The notes beneath the pieces are model-generated. The model was not told the origin of the DNA. It ran no database searches and was given only the letters and a program-made list of their open reading frames with translations. From IMG/VR virus record IMGVR_UViG_3300036852_000313, positions 1 through 52,228 of that record: DNA of 52,228 nt. One strand, written 5' to 3'. Origin of the DNA: a virus (Duplodnaviria; Caudoviricetes). Made by a program: the position numbers and the translations under genes. Below are positions 34,620 through 44,341 of the stretch, piece after piece (position 1 is the first letter of the stretch; each line of letters begins with the position of its first letter).

Positions 34620-35557
34620 GCCGCTATGTCTGCGTAACCGGCGCCGCTGGCTTCATTGGGCAACACCTTGTCCGCGCGTTAGCCGCGCGCGGCGATCATG
34701 TTTATGCAGTAGACGCGCTAACATATGCGGCAGACCCAGCTCGTTTTGCAGAGCTGTGCGCCACATATCCTGCGCACATCGTATCGCGCTTCGTGGACGC
34801 AAACACGCTTGCGCGCCTGCCTGATGTAGATGCTATCGTACATCTTGCAGCATCGACTCACGTAGACAACTCGCTCAATGAGGCAGAGGAATTTGTTGCG
34901 AACAACGTCGGCACCACTGCGCACCTGCTAGAGCTGGCGCGCGCCAAAGCACAACATGGCATGCCACACTTTGTGCTTATCTCGACTGACGAGGTATACG
35001 GAGCGATTGTGCGCGGTGGCGCAGCGTCTGAATCTTCGCCCTTTCGCCCAACCTCTCCTTACGCCGCGTCGAAGGCCGCAGCCGATCTGCTTGTGCGTGC
35101 GTGGGGCGCAACCTATGGTGTCCCGTACGCAATCCTGCGCCCAACGAATTGCTATGGCGTCGGTCAGCACCCAGAAAAGCTGATCCCAAAGACATTGCGC
35201 TGTCTCCAAAGCGACCAGCCAATTCCGATACATGGCACTGGTGAGCAAACACGTAGCTGGCTCGCGGTTGAGGACGCAGTAAGCGCAATCCTGCTTACGC
35301 TCGACCGGCCTGTGTACGGCGTCTACAACATTGGCGGGAACACTGAAGCCAGCGTGCGCGACGTGGTGCGTGCGATCCGTGAGGCATACGGCGCAGGTGC
35401 AGCGCTGGCTACTCGCGAGGCTGGGCGCCCAGCCTGTGACATGCGCTATGCTGTAGACGACGCTGCGCTTCGCGCGCTTGGCTGGGCTCCGCAAGGCTCA
35501 TTATGGCGCGATCTGCCGCTGCTCGTGCAGGCTGCGCGCTCTCAGTGGCGCTGGTAG
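34616..35557 (+). CDS. rmlB: dTDP-glucose 4,6-dehydratase-like SDR
   Basis: TGAAGFIG, DALTYA, HLAASTHVD, STDEVYG, SPYAASK, PEKLIP. Confidence 0.9.
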   Translation: MSRYVCVTGAAGFIGQHLVRALAARGDHVYAVDALTYAADPARFAELCATYPAHIVSRFVDANTLARLPDVDAIVHLAASTHVDNSLNEAEEFVANNVGTTAHLLELARAKAQHGMPHFVLISTDEVYGAIVRGGAASESSPFRPTSPYAASKAAADLLVRAWGATYGVPYAILRPTNCYGVGQHPEKLIPKTLRCLQSDQPIPIHGTGEQTRSWLAVEDAVSAILLTLDRPVYGVYNIGGNTEASVRDVVRAIREAYGAGAALATREAGRPACDMRYAVDDAALRALGWAPQGSLWRDLPLLVQAARSQWRW

Positions 35558-35617
35558 ACATAGGGCGTTAACTTGCGCAAGCGGCCCGCGCGCCGCGCAA
35601 ACCCTACGAGGTAATTT

Positions 35618-36262
35618 ATGGCGCTTGGCGGCTCGACAGTCAGTTGGCAAGAAACATTCCCAGCGGGCGCGGAAAGCATCGGGCTCGGCGATAACCGAAT
35701 TCGCTCACTCAAGACGGATATTCGTACCGGACTCGATAGTGAGCACAACTGGCCGTCATCGGGTGCCACAAACACAGGCTATCATCGCTACGGCTCCGCG
35801 CGCCCGTTCTTCGGTGCGCAATCACTCGCCAGTTCGACGGATACCGACGGCCGCATGCTGATCGCGAGCGACACAAGTCGCCTGTTTGGTGTGGGCTCGG
35901 CAGGCACCGTGCTCCTCGGCCCCGGCCCTTTGGGTCTCAGTATCGACTCCTCGGCGTACATCACGTTCCCGCAGCGCGCGCGCTGGGCGATGGAAGTAGG
36001 CTTCGCGGTCAACGCCTCAGATGAATACTACCTCGTCACGTTTCCCAACAGCGGTTTCAGCACCGTGCCATTCCTGTCGGTAATTCCGTTGCGCAGCAAC
36101 TCGGCTGCATCGACAAACGGTTCGCACGTTGCGTTCAATCTCACGTCCCTGACTGCGAGCGGCTTTAGCGGCATTATGGTGCTTGATTCCAACGGTGGTG
36201 GCGTCGCGGCGACTAGCCCGTCCTCGCTGTATTGGGCCGCCATCGGCCATCGCGCCCTCTAG
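35618..36262 (+). CDS. Virion tail protein
   Basis: GDNRIRSLKTDIR N-terminal motif; C-terminal VTFP..FSTVP...YWAAIG. Confidence 0.65.
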   Translation: MALGGSTVSWQETFPAGAESIGLGDNRIRSLKTDIRTGLDSEHNWPSSGATNTGYHRYGSARPFFGAQSLASSTDTDGRMLIASDTSRLFGVGSAGTVLLGPGPLGLSIDSSAYITFPQRARWAMEVGFAVNASDEYYLVTFPNSGFSTVPFLSVIPLRSNSAASTNGSHVAFNLTSLTASGFSGIMVLDSNGGGVAATSPSSLYWAAIGHRAL

Positions 36263-36271
36263 CATCGTAGC

Positions 36272-37906
36272 GTGACCACGCCCTTCGGCGCTCCCTTCGA
36301 GCTACGGTCGCAATCGCTCGTCAGTACACTGATCGTCGAGCCGACGCTGGGGCTCGACACATCGAAGTCACCGCCCAATTTGGCGCCCGGCTTCACGCCC
36401 AATTCCGACAACTTCATTATGCGCGACGGCGCGCTAGAACCGCGCTCTATGTTGTCACTTGTGAACAACACACCGCAGCCTATGGCGGCGCGTGTGCTCG
36501 GTGGCATAGACATAGTGAGTGTTGCCGGAGCGCATTATCCACTAGTGAGCGGCACGACGCAAATCGCATGGTATAACAACCCTGCGTGGAGCGTCGCAAG
36601 CTACGTCAGCGCAGCGGGGTTCAGTGATCCACCCGCAGGTTCAGACACCAACTATTGGGACTGGACGCAAATCTACGACGCTGACATCGACGAAAACATT
36701 GCGGTAGGCGCGCTGGGCAGCCGTCAATCGTTGTATTGCTGGGCGGCAGCAACAGGTGTGTTCAGCACGTTGACCGGCGCGCCTGGTGCAACAAGTGTTG
36801 CCGCCTTCGACAACTATTTGCTCGCGGCCAACGTCACCGACGCAGATGGCACCGAAGTGCAGCGCGTGCGCTGGAGTGATCGAGGTAACCCTTCCAACTG
36901 GACAACCGGGCTCTCTGGCTTTGAGGATTTGCTTGCAGCCAAAGGCGCGATCACGCGCATGCTGCCGCTGGAGAACCGCGTCGCGGTGTTTTTTGACGAC
37001 GAAATTTGGTACGGTGTTCCTGTACAGTTTCCCGGCATATGGCAGTTCACACCGCTCGACACAACAGTCGGCTGTCCGTATCCCTGGACCGCGACGGTCA
37101 CGTCGCAGGGCGTGTTGTTTGTCGCGCGCGGCTTTCAAGTATACTTGCTGCCGAAAGAGGGCGGTGCCGCGCAACCAGTTGGACAACGCCTTCATCGCAC
37201 ACTACGTGACACCATCGTGCAGCCGACGCGCGCCTTCGGTGTACACGATCCCATAAACACACAATATCAGCTCTACTATCCAATTGCGAATGACGAGAGT
37301 CTGCCAACGCGCGCAGCATTTCTGCACCTTGATAGTGGTGCGTGGGCGCCGCAGAGCTTTTCACGCACCACAGACTACCTTGCGCTAACGCGCGGATTCA
37401 GCACACAGTTCGGTTACTCGCGCGCATCAGTTTGGGATGATTATAGCGAAAGCACCGGCAGTACGTGGAACCAGCTCGCGGGCATGTCATGGAACGATAT
37501 TACTGGAACAGGTGACGCGCGCGCCTCGGTGTTTCTGGGATCGAGCGCGGGCACAATCTATTCGCTGAGTAGTGCTGCGACCTCCGACAACGGGAATCCC
37601 GTACAGAGCTTTTGGGAGTCCGCACCGCTTGAAGGCGGCGCACCAGGCGTCCAGAAATCCATCAGTGAAATCCGCCTTGACTACACCGCGCCCAGCCCAA
37701 GCACGCTCACCGTGCGCACGTCGCCCTCGCAGGGCGCCGCGTTCGACGCTGGTACGCTCGTCTCGTTTGCTTCGATCAGCAACGTGTCGCAGGCAGTTGC
37801 ATACACACGGCAAGCCTCACGCTATCCAGTTGTTCGCGTCGAGAGTGAAGGCCAACAATATCGCCTGCATCGACTGCACATCGCAATGCGCTTTGGTGGG
37901 CGCTGA
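36272..37906 (+). CDS. Tail nozzle / DNA stabilisation protein (P22 gp10-like)
   Basis: 544 aa beta-rich; RVRWSDRGNP.NW, VGCPYP. Confidence 0.7.
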   Translation: MTTPFGAPFELRSQSLVSTLIVEPTLGLDTSKSPPNLAPGFTPNSDNFIMRDGALEPRSMLSLVNNTPQPMAARVLGGIDIVSVAGAHYPLVSGTTQIAWYNNPAWSVASYVSAAGFSDPPAGSDTNYWDWTQIYDADIDENIAVGALGSRQSLYCWAAATGVFSTLTGAPGATSVAAFDNYLLAANVTDADGTEVQRVRWSDRGNPSNWTTGLSGFEDLLAAKGAITRMLPLENRVAVFFDDEIWYGVPVQFPGIWQFTPLDTTVGCPYPWTATVTSQGVLFVARGFQVYLLPKEGGAAQPVGQRLHRTLRDTIVQPTRAFGVHDPINTQYQLYYPIANDESLPTRAAFLHLDSGAWAPQSFSRTTDYLALTRGFSTQFGYSRASVWDDYSESTGSTWNQLAGMSWNDITGTGDARASVFLGSSAGTIYSLSSAATSDNGNPVQSFWESAPLEGGAPGVQKSISEIRLDYTAPSPSTLTVRTSPSQGAAFDAGTLVSFASISNVSQAVAYTRQASRYPVVRVESEGQQYRLHRLHIAMRFGGR

Positions 37907-37909
37907 GAC

Positions 37910-38188
37910 ATGCCGCAAAAACTGCAAGCACCGCCGTCCAGTGTAACAGGGCCACTCGGCGCGTGGCTTAGCGTGCTATGGCAATACATCGAGAAGCAGC
38001 CCAGCATCAGCCTCGCGAGTTTCGCACCGACCGCAACGCCTAACTCGTCCGTGACAGGGCAAAGCGGCGACCTGTGCGTTAATCTCGGCAGCGGCTCTAC
38101 GACATCGCGTCTTTGGGTGCTCGGTGGCAACGTGCGCTCTACAATCACAGATCAAGGCTGGGCGTTGGTGCGAGTGCTACAGCTATGA
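37910..38188 (+). CDS. Small tail-associated protein
   Basis: [17 protein letters not shown]...LWV...GW. Confidence 0.6.
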   Translation: MPQKLQAPPSSVTGPLGAWLSVLWQYIEKQPSISLASFAPTATPNSSVTGQSGDLCVNLGSGSTTSRLWVLGGNVRSTITDQGWALVRVLQL

Positions 38189-39039
38189 GCGCGAGCTTCA
38201 CGACGGTGGGCGTGGCTGTGCGCGTCTCAGGCGGATTTGCTCAAGATTATATTGTGCTCGATGAGCTGGCTGTGGCGTCTAACACAACGTGCCTGCGATT
38301 GGTGTCGCTCGGTGGCAGCGGCACGACAGGACTAACTGGTCCAGCCGGGCCGAGCGGCGCTACTGGTCCGCAAGGTATTCAAGGCGTGCAGGGCATTCAA
38401 GGCGTGCAGGGTGTACAGGGCGAATCTGGCGTTACAGGTCCGCAGGGTGTCACTGGCGCTCCTGGGACGAGTGGAGCGACCGGCCCACCTGGTGCCAGCG
38501 GCGCAACCGGCTCCACAGGCAGCGCGGGAGTTAGCGGCGCTACAGGACCGCAAGGCTCTCAGGGTTCACAAGGAATTCAGGGCATTCAAGGACCAAGCGG
38601 AGATACAGGCCCCAGCGGAGCAACTGGCCCAACCGGAGGCGGTGGTGCGTATCGACTAATTCCGCTGCTCCCGCCCACGGGCGTCAATGTTGCATTCACG
38701 AACATGCCGAGCGCGGCAAGCGAGCCATTTGGCGCGCGCGCCCGCTTACGTACGGACCTGAGCGCGGTTACAGAATGTCGTATGGTTGTGCAGTGCTTGG
38801 TCGTCGGCGCATCGACTTCAAAGCTTTCTGCGCAATGGTCAACAAACTTGTCTGCGTGGACATTTCTATCAGCAGCGAGCGGTCCAGGCGTCCCGCTCAA
38901 TGTGCTTGGATTTGCTGTGTCTGCGTGGACGAGCCTACTGGCGTCAGCTCGCACAGATATATACATTCGTCTGCAAGGGCAAGGTGGCGACGGTGTGCTT
39001 GATCCGGCATTTGCATCAATTTTTCTGGAGGCGCGCTAA
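38185..39039 (+). CDS. Collagen-like tail fibre protein
   Basis: Long G-X-Y run at ~38320..38640. Confidence 0.85.
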   Translation: MSASFTTVGVAVRVSGGFAQDYIVLDELAVASNTTCLRLVSLGGSGTTGLTGPAGPSGATGPQGIQGVQGIQGVQGVQGESGVTGPQGVTGAPGTSGATGPPGASGATGSTGSAGVSGATGPQGSQGSQGIQGIQGPSGDTGPSGATGPTGGGGAYRLIPLLPPTGVNVAFTNMPSAASEPFGARARLRTDLSAVTECRMVVQCLVVGASTSKLSAQWSTNLSAWTFLSAASGPGVPLNVLGFAVSAWTSLLASARTDIYIRLQGQGGDGVLDPAFASIFLEAR

Positions 39040-39096
39040 TGCGCGTTGGCGCAAATACTGCACAACATCGTCTCCTACCATACAACCCGTGACTAT

Positions 39097-39336
39097 ATGC
39101 CAAAGCTAGTTGACAGAGTCGCCGCTCGTTCGCTTGAGCAATTCGCGCGCGATAAACGCCGCGCCAACTGCCCTGTGTGCAAACTCGATCTTAGCATCCG
39201 CAAGCAAATTGTCGCTGCGCGCGAGCGCAAAGTCCCACGCGCGGTTATCTTCTCGTGGTTGACCGAGGAGCATCACGCAAGAATCACCGACAGAGACCTG
39301 ACGCTGCACGCCGCTGGACGGCACGACACGCCGTGA
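39097..39336 (+). CDS. Small CxxC...H protein preceding phosphoesterase
   Basis: CPVCKL...WL...LHAAGRH. Confidence 0.6.
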   Translation: MPKLVDRVAARSLEQFARDKRRANCPVCKLDLSIRKQIVAARERKVPRAVIFSWLTEEHHARITDRDLTLHAAGRHDTP

Positions 39337-40406
39337 CGCGCACTCTCGAAGCGTATGCAGATGATCGAGCACACGCACGCTTTGTCGAGAATCAAGAGAT
39401 TGCGCGCCAAAACCGCACACTCCGCGCAGAAGTGCGTGAGCAGGCCGCAGCGCTCGCGGAAGCCCGTAAGCTGCTTGGCGTATACGAAGTCGTAAACAAG
39501 GCGCGACTCGCTCCGCCAAAATGGGCGGCGCCCAAGCAGTCCGACGCTAAACATCGCGGCGTGTTATGCTTCGCGCTCAGCGATATTCATTGGGGCGCCG
39601 TGGTGCGCGCTGAGGAAATCAACGGCATCAACGCATATGATCTCGCGATAGCCGAACGCCGCCTGCGTTACACCTTCGAGTCCGTCATCAAGATTGCGCG
39701 CAGCTATTTCGCGGGCGTCGAGTACGACGGGCTCCAACTCTTTTTGCCGGGCGACATGCACTCCGGCGAAATTCACGCCGAGTTGCGCGAAACCAACGCG
39801 GTCGGCATCGCCGACAGCATTACAAGTCTGCTTGAACCAATGGAGGCGGGCATCAACATGCTCGCGCAGGAATTCGGCAAGGTCAACATTGCTTGTGTCG
39901 TCGGGAACCACACGCGTCGCACGCGGAAGCCACTGTCGAAACGTCGCGTCATAGACAACTACGATTACTTAACATACCGACTACTGGCGCGCGAATACAA
40001 CAAGCACGCGCGTGTTGCGGTCACAGTGTCGCCGTCTGCCGATGAGCGTGTTCAAGTATACGACACACGCTATGTCCTCACGCACGGTGACCAGTTTCGC
40101 GGCGGCGGTGGTATCAGCGCCGAAATGGCACCGTTGCTGCTCGGCGTTCACCGCAAGATGCGCCGCGATGCTGTCACAGGACACCCATTTGACATCATGG
40201 TCATGGGGCACTTTCATCGCACGCTGTTCCTGCCGACGAACGGCTTGATTGTGTGCGGCTCTGTCATGGGCTACGACGAATTCGCGTTCCTGTCGAACTT
40301 CCGCCCTGAGCGCCCACAGAGTATGCTGTGGATCACCACGCCAGAAAACGGAGTTACGCTATCATCGCCGGTCTACGCTGCGCGGCGCGGCGAGGAAGCG
40401 AAATGA
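39333..40406 (+). CDS. Calcineurin-like metallophosphoesterase
   Basis: SDIHWG, GDMHSG, GNH, HGD, GHFH. Confidence 0.88.
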   Translation: MTRTLEAYADDRAHARFVENQEIARQNRTLRAEVREQAAALAEARKLLGVYEVVNKARLAPPKWAAPKQSDAKHRGVLCFALSDIHWGAVVRAEEINGINAYDLAIAERRLRYTFESVIKIARSYFAGVEYDGLQLFLPGDMHSGEIHAELRETNAVGIADSITSLLEPMEAGINMLAQEFGKVNIACVVGNHTRRTRKPLSKRRVIDNYDYLTYRLLAREYNKHARVAVTVSPSADERVQVYDTRYVLTHGDQFRGGGGISAEMAPLLLGVHRKMRRDAVTGHPFDIMVMGHFHRTLFLPTNGLIVCGSVMGYDEFAFLSNFRPERPQSMLWITTPENGVTLSSPVYAARRGEEAK

Positions 40407-41053
40407 ACCGCGAAGTCGCGTGCATCGTCATCGCGAGTGAGCGCCGCAAGGCGCAGGTGCGCGCACGCGTGCTGCCAAGCGTTCTCGCGCAGGACTTTAA
40501 CGAAGTCGTACTCGTGGGCGATTGGGTTGAGTCAGAGCCGATAGAAGGTCGCCTGCGTTACCTCCATGTCGTACCAATGCTCGGCACCACAATCGACGCC
40601 CTCGTGAAGCGTGATGTGGGTACGCTTGCGACACACGCAGATACGCTCGTATATCTCTGTGACGATCATATACTCGCGCCGCACTTCTTGACGGAGCTGC
40701 GCGAAGTGCTCAACGAGCGTTGGGATGTACTGGTGCCGAACCGTAAAACAGTGCGTTCGCTGCCGTGTAAGTGCGGTGCAAAAGCTTCAGGACACTCTTG
40801 TGCTGCGTGTCTTGTAGGCGTTCAGCATATTTCGCTCAACAACGGCGAAGCTGATGGCTACTGTGGCGGACACGGCGGCGTGTTCCGGCGCCATGTCATC
40901 GCTGAGCGCCCGTGGAGCGCAGGCCCGCACGACCTCTGCTGGGACGCGCACATGAGCTTTAATATGCGTTTGCGCGGCGCAGAATTTGTGTGGAAGCCGC
41001 GCGCAGAAATCAGCATCATTGACATAGAGCCAGAAGCAGAGCCGTGGCGATAA
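40403..41053 (+). CDS. Glycosyltransferase-like protein (GT-A)
   Basis: SVLAQDF.EVVLVGD, KRDVG, YLCDDH. Confidence 0.65.
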   Translation: MNREVACIVIASERRKAQVRARVLPSVLAQDFNEVVLVGDWVESEPIEGRLRYLHVVPMLGTTIDALVKRDVGTLATHADTLVYLCDDHILAPHFLTELREVLNERWDVLVPNRKTVRSLPCKCGAKASGHSCAACLVGVQHISLNNGEADGYCGGHGGVFRRHVIAERPWSAGPHDLCWDAHMSFNMRLRGAEFVWKPRAEISIIDIEPEAEPWR

Positions 41054-41643
41054 CTGCACTAGATGCTGCCGTCTCCGTGCGTGAATTGCTCAGCATCTTT
41101 CGCGCGACCGATTGGCGTGCGGGCAGCGCCGAGCCGTGGGTCGCGGACGTGCTGCGCTCGCTGGTACTCGCAAACGACACGCACGTCGCCATCGAGATAG
41201 GCGGCTTTCAGGGCTTCACGAGTAAGCGTCTTGCGCGCGCGCTTGCATGGCTTCCACACGCAACCTCGTTGACTGTCTGCGAAATTGACGCGGAGCGCGC
41301 GCAGCTCACCGATGACGCGGTTTGCGCCGCGCTTCGAGAGATCGCAGCAACGCGCGTCGCATTTCGTGTCGTGCTCGATGACTCGCTTCATTGGATTCCT
41401 ACGCTACAAAACGAAAGCGTAGACTTTGCGTGGCTCGACGGAAACCACGAGCAAGAGCACGTCGCACGCGAAATCGAGTTGTTGGTGCCGAAGCTCGCGC
41501 CTGGCGGGCTGCTTTGTGGGCACGACGTATTTGGCGTGTGTCGGCTCAACGAGGTGTTTGCACGCTGGAGCAATTCGTTTTCGCTCGACCTGCCGCGTCT
41601 GGGCCCGGCTGGTGGTATTGGTATCATCCAGGCGCCTCGTTAG
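41044..41643 (+). CDS. Class I SAM methyltransferase (Methyltransf_24-like)
   Basis: IEIGGFQGFTS, DFAWLDGNH, LAPGGLLCGHD. Confidence 0.85.
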   Translation: MAITALDAAVSVRELLSIFRATDWRAGSAEPWVADVLRSLVLANDTHVAIEIGGFQGFTSKRLARALAWLPHATSLTVCEIDAERAQLTDDAVCAALREIAATRVAFRVVLDDSLHWIPTLQNESVDFAWLDGNHEQEHVAREIELLVPKLAPGGLLCGHDVFGVCRLNEVFARWSNSFSLDLPRLGPAGGIGIIQAPR

Positions 41644-41647
41644 ATAA

Positions 41648-41857
41648 ATGAATCTTAAACATTTTGGGTCACAGAACTCTCGTGACACATGCGCTGCATG
41701 CTTATTTGACGCAAACGTGTCGTTTCAGGCACCAGGTACACGCGTAGACGCGCGCTGGCCCAGACCCAGCGACGCTACACTTCCTCCGCCTTGCCAAGAT
41801 TGCTATATGGCGCACGACAGCACACTGCGTTGTAGTGGCTGCTGGACGTTTCGATGA
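41648..41857 (+). CDS. Small Cys-rich hypothetical protein
   Basis: 69 aa filling the gap. Confidence 0.35.
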   Translation: MNLKHFGSQNSRDTCAACLFDANVSFQAPGTRVDARWPRPSDATLPPPCQDCYMAHDSTLRCSGCWTFR

Positions 41858-42384
41858 TCTTTAGCGTCGCACCATACCTCGTCGTTCCCTACCGTCCCTT
41901 CGTCGGCGCCACGCACAAGAACGACACGATTCTAGCGCGTTGCGCCACCAACCCTGAGCGCTTCCTGCTTTCTGCTTGCTCCGGCGACCCACAAACGCTG
42001 ATCGCGCGCACCCTGACCGACCCTGCCAATGCGGCATGGGAAGTCTGGCAAAATGACGCCTTCATAGGTATCTTGATGCTGGACCATATTGTGCCGTTTG
42101 TAGACGCGCGTTGGCAGTTCGTGTTTTTCGACGATGAGCTTGCTAGCAAAACGCTGTTGCTGCGCGAGTTTGCACGACGTTGCTTCGTTGAGCTGGGCCT
42201 ACAACGTTTAACATTCGAGGCGCCCGAACACATGGCTGTACTGACAGGGTTTGTGCGGCGAAAACTAGGCTTCGCGTACGAAGGCGGCGACCGACATGGG
42301 AGTCGTCGCGAACGCGCTTATTGTGACGCCGAAGGACGTTGGCATGACGTGACGACGCTACGCCTACTGGCGGATCGCATCTAA
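41854..42384 (+). CDS. GNAT-fold protein (podoviral virion assembly)
   Basis: RKLGFAYEG motif; located before ejection proteins. Confidence 0.7.
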   Translation: MIFSVAPYLVVPYRPFVGATHKNDTILARCATNPERFLLSACSGDPQTLIARTLTDPANAAWEVWQNDAFIGILMLDHIVPFVDARWQFVFFDDELASKTLLLREFARRCFVELGLQRLTFEAPEHMAVLTGFVRRKLGFAYEGGDRHGSRRERAYCDAEGRWHDVTTLRLLADRI

Positions 42385-43028
42385 TGGCTCGTCGCGAAAA
42401 CACCAGCGGTTTTGGCGGAATCTCGAATCGCGTTTATAACTGGTTGTTCGGTGGAGGCGACCACGCCATTGTACCACCCGACATAGCCGGGTTGCGCGGC
42501 CAGAACATCAACCTATTGATGCAGCTTCTGTCGCCCGGCGCATTCGATCAGGGTGGCGCGGGCGCAAACTTTTTCTACGGCGGTGGGCCGAATCGCGTAA
42601 ACGATTTCCTCGACAAGCCCTCGCCGGAAATGAGCACATTCGATTTCGCGCGCCCCATTCTCGAAGGTATGCTGACGGGCACGGGGCCGCAGTTTGAGCG
42701 CGATGTGTCGATGGCGAATCAGCAGGGTGGACGCTTTGGCTCAGGGAACGCGATCCTACGCGGCGAAGCTCTACGCAACCTGTTCAATATGCGTACACAG
42801 ACCGCAGGGGTGCTTGGCGGACTCGCAGGCCAGGCTGGATCAAGCCAATGGGAGCGCATCTTCGGCGCACAAAATCAGCGCGCGCAGCTCATGGCGGGAC
42901 TGCTCGGCATGAGTGGGCAGGCGACACTCGGGCTCCCGGTGCAGCAAGACAAGGGCACATTCGGCGATATCATGCAACTTGTCATGGCATTGTTTGCCAG
43001 CGGAGGCGGCGGAGGCGCACCTACGTGA
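42384..43028 (+). CDS. Putative DNA ejection protein 1
   Basis: Gly/Gln-rich, GGRFGSG. Confidence 0.6.
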   Translation: MARRENTSGFGGISNRVYNWLFGGGDHAIVPPDIAGLRGQNINLLMQLLSPGAFDQGGAGANFFYGGGPNRVNDFLDKPSPEMSTFDFARPILEGMLTGTGPQFERDVSMANQQGGRFGSGNAILRGEALRNLFNMRTQTAGVLGGLAGQAGSSQWERIFGAQNQRAQLMAGLLGMSGQATLGLPVQQDKGTFGDIMQLVMALFASGGGGGAPT

Positions 43029-44341
43029 CCTCGCCAATCCAGTTTCCGTCAATCAGTCCGCCACAGCTCGCACCACAGAAAGAAAGCAGCTTACACGGCC
43101 TCGCGGAGCTAACACTCGCGATTGTGCATGGACGCCAGCAGCTTGCAATACGCAGACAGCAGCTTGAACAGGAAAAGCTTCGCACCGCCGCTCAGCTCGC
43201 GACAGACACGCAGGAACGCGCGGGCGCCGCTGCCGATCTGCGCAAGAAGCTCAAAGACATCGAGCTTCAGCAGCAGCGCGTGGACGCAGGCGAAATTGCG
43301 TCGCGCCATGTGCAGGCGATACTCGGTGCGCCGGGCGGCATCACGCCGAGTGTCTACGCTGAAACGCGTCAGCGCGCGATGAGCGAAAATAATAAGCTCG
43401 CACCCTACATTGCCGAAGCGTTCGATGCACAACTTGGCAACGCACAGCAGGCGCTCGCAACCAGCGCACAACGACGCGCCGAGGAAGTGCGCGCACGCGT
43501 CGGCGAACACACCGAGGCGGCACAAACTGCGACCGCACTCGCGCAGCCCACGCTTGTTCGATTGCAAATCAAAAACGAACAGCTTATGGCGCGCTTGCGC
43601 CAAGACGAACTAGAACTCGATCCAGCGCGGCGTGCACAGTTTACCGCGATTTTGCAAGGTGGCGGCACCGCAGGCGACGCTTATCGAATCATTGGACGCA
43701 CGCGCCCAGCAGACGTGCCAGAAAACTATCGACTGCCCGGCGCCAGACAAGCTGCCGGTGGAGGCGCCGCCGCACAGCAAACACAGAGCATCAGCGATCA
43801 AATGGCGCTCGGTAACTCGCTGATTGACGCAGCGAACGAAGGCGGTCGTGTGCCGATCACGATAAGAGGCACGCTTGTACGTTCCGGCAACCCGTTCGCG
43901 GTAATGGCACTTAACCCACACTTAGCGCCGCGAGAGCGCCAAATCATTCAAGGCTATCAATTGCTCGCACAGGCGTACGCACTCCACGTCACCGGCACCA
44001 CGGCGTCAAACACGCAGATGCAACTGTTCCAAAACACTGTGGTCGATCAGCGCGGCGATGACGAAGCAACATACAAACAGAAACGTGCGGTGCGTCACGC
44101 ACTTGTGTTACTTGTACAGAGTGGCGCGAAGCCTACCGAGGTCACCGCTGGGCTGCTTGATGCAGCAACACGAGCTGGAATGCCAACGAACGTGCTTAGT
44201 ATCATTCGTGCGCAAGCAGCACTTGCTAAAAAGTATGAAGCATCGCCACAGTACCGTCAACAGCAGGGCCTTTCATTGACGCCTGGTGATGCCACAAATC
44301 TTGACCCGGCGCTTGCGTCGCGCCTTAGCGGGCGTCCATGA
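43025..44341 (+). CDS. Putative DNA ejection protein 2
   Basis: Ala/Gln-rich helical protein; GTGA overlap. Confidence 0.6.
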   Translation: MTSPIQFPSISPPQLAPQKESSLHGLAELTLAIVHGRQQLAIRRQQLEQEKLRTAAQLATDTQERAGAAADLRKKLKDIELQQQRVDAGEIASRHVQAILGAPGGITPSVYAETRQRAMSENNKLAPYIAEAFDAQLGNAQQALATSAQRRAEEVRARVGEHTEAAQTATALAQPTLVRLQIKNEQLMARLRQDELELDPARRAQFTAILQGGGTAGDAYRIIGRTRPADVPENYRLPGARQAAGGGAAAQQTQSISDQMALGNSLIDAANEGGRVPITIRGTLVRSGNPFAVMALNPHLAPRERQIIQGYQLLAQAYALHVTGTTASNTQMQLFQNTVVDQRGDDEATYKQKRAVRHALVLLVQSGAKPTEVTAGLLDAATRAGMPTNVLSIIRAQAALAKKYEASPQYRQQQGLSLTPGDATNLDPALASRLSGRP

